NCBI GenBank assembly: GCA_036516155.1
Contig: DATBUK010000025.1
Coordinates: 3,991-67,990 of the forward strand
Direction: 5' to 3'
DNA: 64,000 bases
From: Yaniella sp.
GTDB lineage: Bacteria; Actinomycetota; Actinomycetes; Actinomycetales; Micrococcaceae
Below the pieces are notes generated by a model. The model ran no database searches. It saw nothing but the letters and a program-made list of their open reading frames with translations, and had not been told where the DNA came from. The position numbers and the translations under genes are program-made. Each line of letters opens with the position of its first letter. Within the stretch, counting starts at the first letter, position 1. This document shows positions 20,277 through 30,039 of the stretch, piece by piece.

Positions 20277-22061
20277 TTAATGGCCGACACCATGGCGTTG
20301 TAGCCACAGTTCTAACAGTCCCAGTTTCCACAACGTATTCCCACCTGTCGGCACGTAGGACTCGTTGGGATTGGCCAAGAGCGTCTCAACGTAGTCCTTG
20401 CGAAACAGCCCGCGCTCCCGTGCTTCCGGGGCGTGCAGCGCGTCCCGAATTTCGCTGAGAATCGGATCCTGCAGGTGACGTAGTGCTGGAACGGGGAAGT
20501 ACCCTTTGGGGCGGTCTATGACTTCCGCCGGTAATACTCTTCGGCCGATATCTTTGAGGATGCCTTTACCGCCCTGGGCGGTTTTCAGCTCAATTGGGCA
20601 TGCCACCACCAATTCGACGAATTCATGGTCAAGGAATGGCACGCAGGCCTCCAAGCCGGCAATCGACGACATATTATTGACCCGCTTGACCGGGTCATCC
20701 GCCATCAAAAGTTGGGTTTCGAGCCGAAGCACGGCGTCGACGGCAGTCTCAGCCCCCGGGGCGCTGAGACGGTCAACAAGCAACTCGTGACTCACATCGG
20801 TCGGCGCTAACCACGCTGGATTCAAAATCTCGGCTAACTCTTGATGCGTGTGATCAACAAACGCCTCACGGAAAACACCAAGCGCCTGCTCCCGCGGCAC
20901 CGATTCTGCCGCTCGGTGGTAGTTGTATCCGGCAAAGATCTCGTCGGCGCCCTGGCCGGACTGCACCACGTTGCATTGTTCTGCGACCGCTTGGGAGTGC
21001 AGGTAAAACGCGGGGACATCGTGGCTGGCCATCGGTTCCATCATGGCCGCTACCGCATCTCCCACCGCTGCGGAAAACTCTGCCGAACCAATGTGTAGGG
21101 TGTGATGGTCTGTGTCGAACTCCTCGGCTATCCGATCGGAATATTCGAATTCATTGCCGGACTGTTGTCCTGCCGAATCAAAACCGACACTAAACGTTGG
21201 AATGTCTTGCTGCCCGGCCTCTGTCATGAGCGCCACGAGAAGACTCGAATCCAACCCGCCGGATAACAGCACGCCGGTTTGTTCATCTGATGCAATACGA
21301 CGTTGCACTGCCTGTTGCAGTCCTTCAAGGATCGCTTTCTGCCAGTCCTGCTCATCCCAATCAGCATGCGCAGAGCTGCGTGCATAGTCGGGCTGCCAAT
21401 AGACGCGCTCGCATGACTCACCGTCGGATTCAATGATGCGCATCGTCGCCGGCGGGAGTTTGGCGACCCCGGTGAGAATGCTGCGTGGAGCCGGCACGAT
21501 CGAGTGCCAGCTCATATAGTGGTGCAGCCCTAGCGCATCGACGGATGTGTCGATGCCGCCGCTGGCCACCAGTCCGGGCAAGGTCGAAGCGAAGCGGAAC
21601 CGCCCATTGAGGTGCGCATAATACAGCGGTTTCACACCGAGCCGATCACGGCATAACAGCACAAGATGGCGTTGGAGATCTGCCAGGACGATCGCGAATT
21701 CACCGTGGAGATGTTCTACAAAACCTTCACCCCATCTGAGATACGCTGCGATGATGATTTCGGCGTCCGTGCCGGCGCGGAACCGATAGTCTCTGGCAAG
21801 CTGCGAATGCAGTTCGTCGCGATTGGTAAGGCGGCCATCGACCACCACTGCCAGCTTGTGCTCAGCATCGTAGGTGGGTTTCGAAGAGACTACCGAACTC
21901 TCGACAGTGTTGAGGGGCACTTGAGTCAATGCCACCCAATTGTTGTGCCAAATGCTCTGGTCGTCAGGGTCGTTCCCTCCTAAAGCGCTGGCCATTTTAC
22001 GTATTGGGGTCGGCTCCGGTCGGGCTCCTTGAAACGTCAGTTCGCCTGCAATGGCGCACAA
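20277..22061 (-). CDS. Asparagine-synthase-like amidotransferase (N-acetylglutaminylglutamine amidotransferase-like) with a degenerate glutaminase domain
   Basis: RBS GGAGGA 6 nt before TTG gives M-C-A-I-A-G; RDRLGVKPLYY, LLSGGLDSS, SGQGADEIFAGY, KGYFPVP. Confidence 0.85.
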   Translation of the reverse strand: MCAIAGELTFQGARPEPTPIRKMASALGGNDPDDQSIWHNNWVALTQVPLNTVESSVVSSKPTYDAEHKLAVVVDGRLTNRDELHSQLARDYRFRAGTDAEIIIAAYLRWGEGFVEHLHGEFAIVLADLQRHLVLLCRDRLGVKPLYYAHLNGRFRFASTLPGLVASGGIDTSVDALGLHHYMSWHSIVPAPRSILTGVAKLPPATMRIIESDGESCERVYWQPDYARSSAHADWDEQDWQKAILEGLQQAVQRRIASDEQTGVLLSGGLDSSLLVALMTEAGQQDIPTFSVGFDSAGQQSGNEFEYSDRIAEEFDTDHHTLHIGSAEFSAAVGDAVAAMMEPMASHDVPAFYLHSQAVAEQCNVVQSGQGADEIFAGYNYHRAAESVPREQALGVFREAFVDHTHQELAEILNPAWLAPTDVSHELLVDRLSAPGAETAVDAVLRLETQLLMADDPVKRVNNMSSIAGLEACVPFLDHEFVELVVACPIELKTAQGGKGILKDIGRRVLPAEVIDRPKGYFPVPALRHLQDPILSEIRDALHAPEARERGLFRKDYVETLLANPNESYVPTGGNTLWKLGLLELWLQRHGVGH

Positions 22062-22489
22062 CATAAGTCCTCCAGACAGCGGTTGGGTCTTCCGTTCTTG
22101 AGTTCTGCTTGGGCCCCTGTGCCCATCTCGTAGTGCATCTTTCACGCTAACACTGCCAGAACTGAGCAATACAGATTTCCAGCATTTTCATGAGATTTTC
22201 ATAGGGGAAGCTCGGGGCGAGATGTTGCCATGAGGAAAAGAAGCACGCATGGCTTCGGTACGCGAAGGCCACCGAGGAAGAGGCTGCCAGCGGACCTCAA
22301 CCAGGAGGAAAACAGTCCCGTAGGGGAGAAGAGAATCCACCGAAAAAGACTGCATTTGGAACAGGAATTATCAGGCGGGGTTGAGTGTTCCAGTAGTGCA
22401 GCTAGTACCGTATGAGGACAGCACCGTATGACGTACGCTGCGTTACCAACTGTTCATGGTCGAGCACATGGAACCATAAGGAGGACGTA

Positions 22490-23314
22490 TTGACTAACCA
22501 GCATCATCCAGGCTTTTCGGTTCGTTACTTTCAACAAGACGAAGATTTCCAAAACGATGGCCGCCCCGTAGTCGCACTCATTGTGGCCTTGTGGACACCC
22601 AAATTGAGCAATTGGTCGGCACAAGCCATCCACGATCTGACGATGCAGGCCGTCAATACTGTCCGCGAGCAAGGCGGCAGGCCGCTAGTTATTGACAGTT
22701 CGGCGCCGACCCTTCAAGCACGTGGCACCGCCTGGCATGACGGTGTCGATGCTTTCGTCTATTTGGGCGGACCTGATATTCACCCGGGTTTCTATTCCGA
22801 TATCGACTTGTCTGTCGATATGCCGTGGATTGACCCATCTGCCGATAAGTTTTGCCTGGATTCCGTGAGTCGTGCTGTGGCAGAAGATATGCCCGTTCTA
22901 GGCATCTGCCGTGGATCGCAATTACTCAACGTCTCCCAAGGTGGGACCTTGATCGAGCACATCGAGGGACACCGCCAGGACTTAGGTGAGGGCGACATGG
23001 GCTTCATGGACGAAAAGATCGAACTTGTACCTGATTCCCAGATCGCGCAGATCCTCGGGGAAGCGGGAACGATCGGCGTTCGCAGTGCTCATCACCAGAC
23101 GGTCGACCAGCCCGGTGAAGGATTAACCGTGACCGCCTACGCGCACGATAATAGTATCGAAGCGATAGAGCACTTTGATAAAGGCTGGGTCATCGGAGTG
23201 CAGTGGCATCCCGAAGAGGCTTCGGCGAACGTGGAACATCGTCGTCGGATTTTCCAGTCGTTAGTTTCTCATGCGAAAGAACGAGCCATGAGCCAGTCGG
23301 TGCTGCAGAACTAA
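22490..23314 (+). CDS. Gamma-glutamyl-gamma-aminobutyrate hydrolase family (peptidase C26, class I GATase)
   Basis: GGPDIHP, LGICRGSQLLNV, SAHHQ, GVQWHPE triad; RBS AAGGAGG before TTG 22490. Confidence 0.9.
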   Translation: MTNQHHPGFSVRYFQQDEDFQNDGRPVVALIVALWTPKLSNWSAQAIHDLTMQAVNTVREQGGRPLVIDSSAPTLQARGTAWHDGVDAFVYLGGPDIHPGFYSDIDLSVDMPWIDPSADKFCLDSVSRAVAEDMPVLGICRGSQLLNVSQGGTLIEHIEGHRQDLGEGDMGFMDEKIELVPDSQIAQILGEAGTIGVRSAHHQTVDQPGEGLTVTAYAHDNSIEAIEHFDKGWVIGVQWHPEEASANVEHRRRIFQSLVSHAKERAMSQSVLQN

Positions 23315-23335
23315 GCAGCCACGGTGCGTGGTAGC

Positions 23336-23947
23336 CTATGAGGTTTCGATGCCCTGGAAGATCAGATCGACCAGAATGTCACCGGTTTGGTTGGCCCCAG
23401 CGGATTTTTCGGCGTCGTACCAGTCGACCAGTGAGTTGATGGTCCCGAATACCAGCCGAGCGAGTACCTTCGGGCCGGTTGTGGTGCGAACGCTTCCCTC
23501 TGACTGTGCCTCATCGATCAGACGTGCCAGCCGGGTCGTGAGGTTTCGACGTCGAGCCAGCGCTGCGGTTTCAACTTCGGAGTTACCGCGCAACCGCAGC
23601 AACAGGGTGACCGAGGATTGTCGGGTGACGAGGACTTCCACGGCACCACGGATCAGGGCGGCAATTTTGTCCTGGGCGGGGCCCTCAGTTTGTTCGGCCT
23701 CTTCCATCACAGCCTCGAGTCCATCGAGGGCATCATCGAGGGCATCCTGGAGGATTTCTTCTTTGGTTTTGACGTGATGGTAGATCGCTGATTTCGAGAT
23801 GCCCAGCTCGGTGGCCAGCATGCCCATGCTGGTGGCTTCGTACCCGTGGCGGTTGAAGACTTTCACGCACATGTCAACCAGGGTTTGACGATCATAGCCT
23901 GGACGGCCGCGTCGGGCCGGCTGAGTTGGTGTGGGGGTCGTGGTCAT
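23336..23947 (-). CDS. paaR: TetR family regulator of phenylacetate catabolism (PaaR-like)
   Basis: RRGRPGYD, HGYEATSM...ISKSAIYHH, FGTINSLVDWY; directly downstream of paaK. Confidence 0.8.
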   Translation of the reverse strand: MTTTPTPTQPARRGRPGYDRQTLVDMCVKVFNRHGYEATSMGMLATELGISKSAIYHHVKTKEEILQDALDDALDGLEAVMEEAEQTEGPAQDKIAALIRGAVEVLVTRQSSVTLLLRLRGNSEVETAALARRRNLTTRLARLIDEAQSEGSVRTTTGPKVLARLVFGTINSLVDWYDAEKSAGANQTGDILVDLIFQGIETS

Positions 23948-24010
23948 TCAAGCTCCTTGGGTGAAAGCCATCGCAGTAGCGATCACTAGTCATCTCTCTT
24001 ATGCTACGGT

Positions 24011-24052
24011 CGCCTGCCGTGGAAGGCCAGGTCAGGCCCTCCACGGCAGGCG
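24011..24052. terminator. GC-rich hairpin downstream of paaK
   Basis: Stem CGCCTGCCGTGGA/TCCACGGCAGGCG. Confidence 0.65.
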
Positions 24053-24068
24053 CCGGGGGTGGCTGACG

Positions 24069-25433
24069 TTAGTTCAGTTCGCGCAAGTCGTAAATACGAC
24101 GAAGCTTTCCGGACGACCGAGCCAGGGTATTTGGTTCGTTGATCTCGATCTTGCAGCTGCACCCGATGCGAGTCTTGATCTGGGATAGCAGTTGCTTGCC
24201 ACCCAGTTCTGCTTCTGCACGGGTGGCGCTTTCACGACGCTCAATCTTGATGGTCATTTCATCCATCCGGTTCGGGCGCGTGATTTCCAAGGCGAAGTGC
24301 GGCGACAGCGACTCGATCTCGAGCGCGATCTCTTCGATCTGTGTCGGGAAGATGTTGACGCCACGCAGGATAATCATGTCATCGGAGCGCCCGGTGATGC
24401 GGTTGAGACGACGGTGACCCGCACGAGCCGTGCCGGGTGACAAGCTGGTCAGGTCGTGGGTCCGGAAGCGGATAATCGGCAGTGCCTCACGGGTCAAGGT
24501 GGTCAGCACCAGTTCACCGGATTCGCCGTCTTCGAGGACGTTGCCCGAGACCGGGTCAATGATTTCTGGACGGAAGTGGTCTTCCCAGATGTGGCAGCCA
24601 TCTTGGGTATCAACAGCTTCACCAGCCAGGCCAGGACCCATCAGTTCTGACAGGCCATAAATGTCGCATGCCTTGATGTCGAAGATCGACTCAATCTCCT
24701 GGCGCATGCCCTCGGTCCATGGCTCGGCTCCCAGCACGGCGACCTTCAGCGAGGTCTCGGCCGGATTGATGCCGGCTTTATGGAAACCATCGGCCAGGGT
24801 CAGCAGGTAGGTCGGGGTACACATGATGACTTCAGGCTCAAGATCCATGATCATCTGAACCTGTTTTTCGGTCTGGCCGCCGGACATTGGGATGACCGGG
24901 CAACCCAGGCGTTCGGCGCCGTAGTGGGCGCCGAGCCCACCGGTGAACAGGCCGTAGCCGTAGGCGTTGTGGATTTTCCAGCCGGGCTGGACACCGGAGG
25001 CGCGCAGTGAGCGTGCGACCAGGGATGCCCACATTTCGATGTCATTTTCGGTGTAGGCCACGACCGTTGGCTGGCCGGTGGTACCCGATGAGGCGTGGAT
25101 ACGACGGACATCTTCCATCGGGACGGCAAGAGCTTTGAGCGGGTAGTTTTCGCGCAGGAACTCTTTGTCGATGTATGGGAAGAGGTTAAGGTCTTCAAGC
25201 GATTTGAAATCGTTGGGGTGAACTCCGTGCTTGTCATAGAGCTCTTTATAGGCCGGTACGTTGTTGTAGGCGTGGTGCAGCGTCCAGCGCAGACGTTCGT
25301 ACTGAAGTTCTTCAATTTGTGCACGACTGTACAGTTCCTCGGCGTCGAGTTGACTCCGATCAGCGGGCGGGGCCGGTGGGGTCCACGGCTGCGGAACTTC
25401 ATTGGTGAGGTGTGCAACACTTTGAGTCGTCAT
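24069..25433 (-). CDS. paaK: Phenylacetate--CoA ligase
   Basis: HASSGTTGQPT, AYGYGLFTGGLGAHYGAE, GAEPW, DIYGLSE, GRSDDMIILRGVN. Confidence 0.95.
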   Translation of the reverse strand: MTTQSVAHLTNEVPQPWTPPAPPADRSQLDAEELYSRAQIEELQYERLRWTLHHAYNNVPAYKELYDKHGVHPNDFKSLEDLNLFPYIDKEFLRENYPLKALAVPMEDVRRIHASSGTTGQPTVVAYTENDIEMWASLVARSLRASGVQPGWKIHNAYGYGLFTGGLGAHYGAERLGCPVIPMSGGQTEKQVQMIMDLEPEVIMCTPTYLLTLADGFHKAGINPAETSLKVAVLGAEPWTEGMRQEIESIFDIKACDIYGLSELMGPGLAGEAVDTQDGCHIWEDHFRPEIIDPVSGNVLEDGESGELVLTTLTREALPIIRFRTHDLTSLSPGTARAGHRRLNRITGRSDDMIILRGVNIFPTQIEEIALEIESLSPHFALEITRPNRMDEMTIKIERRESATRAEAELGGKQLLSQIKTRIGCSCKIEINEPNTLARSSGKLRRIYDLRELN

Positions 25434-25470
25434 GAATTGTCCTTTACGTGTCTTGTATCGCTGACGTGAG

Positions 25471-25947
25471 TTAGTGACGCGGGTTGGGGATCGTCCGGTA
25501 CCGACCTCTGAACTCGGCGACTAAGTTTTCTTGCTCGTCGTAGACCGTGATGTCACACAGACCAGACCGACCGGTCGAGGCTCGCATCGTCCCGATCGCT
25601 GTCAGGACGGCGCCGACAGTGGGAGACGACAGGAAGTTCACATCGACTCCCTGTGCCACGGTGATGGTCGAACCGTCACCGTCCGGATGGTTGCACGTCC
25701 ACGCGAAGATCGTGTCGGCAAAAGCAAAGACCATTCCGCCGTGGGCGATCTGAAAGCCGTTGAGCATCTCTTCGCGCACTTGCATGTGCCCTTTGGCATA
25801 GCCCGGTGCGTATTCTGTGACAGTCACGCCTAGCCACTCGGAGGTTCTGTCATACCCAAGTCGGGGGTGGTCGTGTGGCCCAAACTGTCCCCGCTGTATC
25901 TCGGCGGCATCTCTTGACGCACCGACGGTACTGAGAGTATGTGACAT
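25471..25947 (-). CDS. paaI: PaaI family thioesterase (hotdog fold)
   Basis: MLNGFQIAHGGMVFAFADT, VAEFRG; paa cluster context. Confidence 0.9.
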   Translation of the reverse strand: MSHTLSTVGASRDAAEIQRGQFGPHDHPRLGYDRTSEWLGVTVTEYAPGYAKGHMQVREEMLNGFQIAHGGMVFAFADTIFAWTCNHPDGDGSTITVAQGVDVNFLSSPTVGAVLTAIGTMRASTGRSGLCDITVYDEQENLVAEFRGRYRTIPNPRH

Positions 25948-25980
25948 AGAAATCTCCGGATGTGAGCTATATAATTATCT

Positions 25981-26002
25981 ACTGACCATTCATACGGTAA
26001 TG
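25981..26002. promoter_or_regulatory. PaaR-like operator upstream of paaI
   Basis: ACTGACCATTCATACGGTAATG, imperfect match to the ACTNACCGNNCGNNCGGTNAGT-type palindrome shared by four sites. Confidence 0.6.
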
Positions 26003-26109
26003 ATCGATGTGATGCACGTCAAATCCGCAACTCTTGACCGTTGCGCCACCGGGGTGCATTCCCCCGCGCGGAGGGAGGGGTCTTTTGTGGGCGCGGGACT
26101 CGTGGTGAG

Positions 26110-26157
26110 TTGCATGCCACAATCATCTTCCGTATACTGACTGAACGTTCGGTAATT
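26110..26157 (+). promoter_or_regulatory. paaA promoter (-35 TTGCAT, 17 nt, -10 TATACT) overlapped by a PaaR-like operator at 26136-26157
   Basis: ACTGACTGAACGTTCGGTAATT overlaps the -10 box at 26133-26138. Confidence 0.7.
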
Positions 26158-26205
26158 ATCCGTTAGAGTTTTAGTTCCAATCACTATCCGTCCGAGGTGT
26201 CATAT

Positions 26206-27213
26206 ATGTCTACAACGCCTATTCACGAGACGCCCGTCACTCATCTTGATGATGAGCGGGCAGGCCAAGAACGGTTCGATCAGATCATCGCCGAGGACTC
26301 ACGCATTGAGCCTCGCGACTGGATGCCCGAGGGCTACCGCAAGACGCTCGTTCGTCAGATCTCCCAGCACGCGCACTCCGAAATTATCGGGATGCAGCCT
26401 GAAGCCAACTGGATCACCCGGGCGCCTTCGCTGAAGCGCAAAATGATTCTGATGGCCAAGGTGCAAGACGAAGCCGGTCACGGTCTCTACCTGTACTCGG
26501 CAGCTGAAACCCTTGGAACCTCTCGCGACGAGATGGTTCAGGATCTGCTCGACGGCAAGGCCAAATACTCCTCGATCTTCAACTACCCAACGTTGACCTG
26601 GGCCGATGTTGGAGCGATCGGTTGGCTCGTCGATGGCGCTGCCATCCAGAACCAGGTACCACTGTGCCGTGCTTCCTATGCGCCGTACGGTCGTGCGATG
26701 GTGCGGGTGTGTAAAGAAGAGTCCTTCCACCAGCGCCAGGGTTGGGAAATCCTCTACGAACTCTCCAACGGCACCCCAGAACAAAAAGCCATGGCACAAG
26801 ATGCGGTGAACCGTTTCTATGGCCCTGCACTGCAGATGTTTGGTCCACCGGACGATAACTCCCCGAACTCCAAGCAGTCGATGGCTTGGAACATTAAACG
26901 CTTTTCCAACGATGAGCTCCGTCAGCGCTTCGTGGACATGATTGTCCCGCAAGCCGAGGCACTGGGCCTGACCCTGCCGGACCCAGATCTGAAGTGGAAC
27001 GAAGAACGTGGTCACTACGACTTCGGTGAACTGGACTGGGACGAATTCATGTCCGTCATTAAGGGCAACGGCCCCTGCAACGTCCAGCGTCTGCAGCACC
27101 GTCGTGAAGCACACGAAAACGGTGCCTGGGTGCGTGAAGCAGCCGCCGCCTATGCCGAAAAACAAGCTCGTCGTGAGGCAGATGCTGCCGACCGTCACCT
27201 GATTGGAGCCTAG
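26206..27213 (+). CDS. paaA: 1,2-phenylacetyl-CoA epoxidase subunit A
   Basis: [41 protein letters not shown]. Confidence 0.97.
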   Translation: MSTTPIHETPVTHLDDERAGQERFDQIIAEDSRIEPRDWMPEGYRKTLVRQISQHAHSEIIGMQPEANWITRAPSLKRKMILMAKVQDEAGHGLYLYSAAETLGTSRDEMVQDLLDGKAKYSSIFNYPTLTWADVGAIGWLVDGAAIQNQVPLCRASYAPYGRAMVRVCKEESFHQRQGWEILYELSNGTPEQKAMAQDAVNRFYGPALQMFGPPDDNSPNSKQSMAWNIKRFSNDELRQRFVDMIVPQAEALGLTLPDPDLKWNEERGHYDFGELDWDEFMSVIKGNGPCNVQRLQHRREAHENGAWVREAAAAYAEKQARREADAADRHLIGA

Positions 27214-27217
27214 AAAC

Positions 27218-27517
27218 ATGTCAGAACAAAACATTGACGCCTCATGGCCACTGTACGAAGTATTCGTGCGGTCGTCGCGCGGTTTGTCACACGTCCACGC
27301 TGGATCACTCCACGCCCCGGACGACACGATGGCCCTGCGCAACGCACGTGACCTCTACACCCGTCGTAACGAAGGAACCTCAGTCTGGGTGGTCCCAGCC
27401 GATGCAATTTCGAGCTCGGATCCTGACTCCAAGGGCGGCTTCTTTGAATCCCCCAAGGGCAAAGCATTCCGGCACGCGACCTACTACACCAAATCTGAAG
27501 GGGTGAAGCACCTATGA
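27218..27517 (+). CDS. paaB: 1,2-phenylacetyl-CoA epoxidase subunit B
   Basis: WPLYEVFVR, HAGSLHA, ARDLYTRRNEG. Confidence 0.96.
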   Translation: MSEQNIDASWPLYEVFVRSSRGLSHVHAGSLHAPDDTMALRNARDLYTRRNEGTSVWVVPADAISSSDPDSKGGFFESPKGKAFRHATYYTKSEGVKHL

Positions 27518-28347
27518 GTTTCGCATCAGCAGACTCCGCCACACGGATTTCCGTTGGCGATGCGATGACCCCTGAAGACATCATCGAATCAGACCTCAAA
27601 GCTGACGAAGATGTCGCAACCTATGCGCTGTACCTCGGTGATGACGCCCTGATGCTCGCCCAGCGTCTGGGGCACTGGATCTCCCGCGCCCCAGAGATGG
27701 AAGAAGACGTCGCGCTGGCAAACATCGCCCAGGACCAGCTCGGTCACGCCCGGTTTTTACTGTCGTATGCGGGAACCGCATGGGATAAAACCGAGGACGA
27801 CCTGGCCTACTTCCGTGACGAACACGAGTTCTACTCCGTCCGACTGGTCGAACAGCCAAACGGTGACTTCGGTCAGACGATTGCGCGTCAGTTGATCTTT
27901 GCGATCTACGAATACGAACTGTTCGCCCGACTCATGGAGTCCAAGGACGAGACCCTCGCGGCAGTGGCGGCCAAAGCGCATAAAGAAGTGATGTACCACC
28001 TGGACCATGCAGCCCAGTGGACACTGCGTCTTGGTGATGGCACCGAAGAGTCCCACCGTCGGATGCAGGAAGGCCTCAACTACATGTGGCCATATGTCGC
28101 CGAACTGTTCCAGGACGACGACCTGGTCCGCGACCTTTCCGACCGCGGCATTGCCGTGTTGCCATCGTCGTTGCAGGAATCCTTCGATCAGCGCATCGCC
28201 CCGATCATTGAACAAGCAACGTTAGAGCTCCCCAATGTACCCGCTGCATTCGGGGGCAATCGTACCGGCAAATACTCTGAGCATCGCGGCCATATCCTGA
28301 CCGAGATGCAGGTACTTGCTCGTAAATTCCCAGGAGCTAAGTGGTAA
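27514..28347 (+). CDS. paaC: 1,2-phenylacetyl-CoA epoxidase subunit C
   Basis: LGDDALMLAQRL, EEDVALANIAQDQLGHAR, RLGDGTEESH. Confidence 0.95.
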   Translation: MSFASADSATRISVGDAMTPEDIIESDLKADEDVATYALYLGDDALMLAQRLGHWISRAPEMEEDVALANIAQDQLGHARFLLSYAGTAWDKTEDDLAYFRDEHEFYSVRLVEQPNGDFGQTIARQLIFAIYEYELFARLMESKDETLAAVAAKAHKEVMYHLDHAAQWTLRLGDGTEESHRRMQEGLNYMWPYVAELFQDDDLVRDLSDRGIAVLPSSLQESFDQRIAPIIEQATLELPNVPAAFGGNRTGKYSEHRGHILTEMQVLARKFPGAKW

Positions 28348-28862
28348 TGACTATTTCAGCAGAGCTTCGACCCGCAGACCCTACAACCCAGGAACTCTGG
28401 GATGCCGTGAAATCAGTACCGGATCCAGAGGTTCCCGTACTGACCATTGAAGATCTTGGCATCCTTCGGGGAGTTGAACTCGTTGACGGCAAACCAGTCG
28501 TGACGATCACCCCAACCTACTCGGGCTGCCCCGCCATGGACACGATCTCAGCGAACGTGACCGCGGCGCTGGAATATGCCGGGTACGAAGACGCTGAAGT
28601 CAAGCTGGTCCTCACACCGGCCTGGACCACCGACTGGATGTCCGATGAAGGCAAACGCAAACTCGAAGAGTACGGCATTGCCCCACCAACCGGAAAATCC
28701 GCTGTGAACACCGGACCGGTCGTTGTCCCAATGGCCGTCAAATGCCCCCAGTGCCACTCCCTGAAAACTCGTGAAATCACCCGCTTCGGTTCCACCGCGT
28801 GCAAGGCGCTGTACACCTGCAATGACTGCTTAGAACCGTTCGACTATTTCAAAGTCCATTAA
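28347..28862 (+). CDS. paaD: 1,2-phenylacetyl-CoA epoxidase subunit D
   Basis: DPEVPVLTIEDLG, TPTYSGCPAM, CPQC, FGSTACKALYTC, EPFDYFK. Confidence 0.95.
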   Translation: MTISAELRPADPTTQELWDAVKSVPDPEVPVLTIEDLGILRGVELVDGKPVVTITPTYSGCPAMDTISANVTAALEYAGYEDAEVKLVLTPAWTTDWMSDEGKRKLEEYGIAPPTGKSAVNTGPVVVPMAVKCPQCHSLKTREITRFGSTACKALYTCNDCLEPFDYFKVH

Positions 28863-28874
28863 GGAACTCACTCC

Positions 28875-30032
28875 ATGACTGAAACCTTGAAGGCACCCGC
28901 ACGAAAACGCGCACGGTTTAATGCCCTGAACGTGTCGGAGATTCGCCAACTGACCGATGAAGCCATCGAAGTGGCCTTCGAAATTCCCGAAGAGCTCCAA
29001 GATGACTACAACTACGTGCCGGGCCAATACGTGGCGCTTCGTGCGGAGATCGACGGCGAAGAAGTTCGCCGCTCGTACTCGATTTGTGCCGAACCCGTCC
29101 CGGGTGAAATTCGTGTTGCCATCAAAAAAGACTTCGGCGGGCTGTTCTCGACCTGGGCCCACGAAGAGCTGAAGGTTGGCGATACGATCAACGTCATGAA
29201 CCCCCAGGGTTCCTTCACCTCGAAGATGCACAGCACCGCGCTCAACGATCCGGAAGCGATCGCCGAAGAACATGCCACCCAGGGTGGGCATTTCGTTGCG
29301 ATTGCTGCTGGCTCCGGGATCACCCCGATCATGGCGATCGTATCGACCTTGTTGAAGTCCACCGAAGATGCGACCTTTGACCTGGTCTATGCCAACCGCT
29401 CAGCGATGGACGTCATGTTTGCCGAAGAACTCGGGGACCTCAAAGATAAATACCCCACGCGGTTGTCGATTCACCACGTGCTATCACGTGAACAACGGAT
29501 CTCACCGCTGATGTCGGGACGTATCGATGAGGAAAAACTCGACGAACTCTTCGACCGCATCATCCCGGTTGAAAACGCCGTCGAATGGTTCCTGTGTGGC
29601 CCATTCGAACTCGTGCAGATGACCCGCGATAAGCTCAAAGAACGCGGCGTCGACGAAGACGCGGTCCGTTATGAGCTGTTCACGACCGGTGACCCAACCG
29701 AACCCCGTGGCCACCGTGGTCGCCCGGTTGAGGTTGATCCCAAGGGTGAAAACCGCACGATTGAATTCTCTCTCGACGGGCTGTCATCATCGGTCGAAAC
29801 GCCTGTATCAGCCAATGAGTCAGTACTCAACGCGGCCCTGCGCGTCCGCCCCGATACGCCGTTTGCGTGTGCCGGCGGGGTCTGCGGAACCTGTCGCGCC
29901 AAGGTTGTGACCGGAACCTTCGAAATGGATGAAAACTACGCGCTGGAATCCGATGAGGTTGAAGCCGGTTACGTGCTGACGTGTCAGACACGTCCGACCT
30001 CCGACAAATTGATCGTTGACTACGACGCTTAG
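28875..30032 (+). CDS. paaE: 1,2-phenylacetyl-CoA epoxidase reductase subunit
   Basis: RRSYSIC FAD motif, AAGSGITP, C-terminal 2Fe-2S motif CAGGVCGTC...LTCQ. Confidence 0.95.
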   Translation: MTETLKAPARKRARFNALNVSEIRQLTDEAIEVAFEIPEELQDDYNYVPGQYVALRAEIDGEEVRRSYSICAEPVPGEIRVAIKKDFGGLFSTWAHEELKVGDTINVMNPQGSFTSKMHSTALNDPEAIAEEHATQGGHFVAIAAGSGITPIMAIVSTLLKSTEDATFDLVYANRSAMDVMFAEELGDLKDKYPTRLSIHHVLSREQRISPLMSGRIDEEKLDELFDRIIPVENAVEWFLCGPFELVQMTRDKLKERGVDEDAVRYELFTTGDPTEPRGHRGRPVEVDPKGENRTIEFSLDGLSSSVETPVSANESVLNAALRVRPDTPFACAGGVCGTCRAKVVTGTFEMDENYALESDEVEAGYVLTCQTRPTSDKLIVDYDA

Positions 30033-30039
30033 GACCGAC

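Noticed and set aside
22230-22415. 61-aa ORF next to the asparagine-synthase-like gene as a lasso/RiPP precursor
   Set aside because: It has no YxxP/Thr(-2) leader features, there is no B protease or RRE gene, and the enzyme's C-domain is NAGGN-amidotransferase-like.
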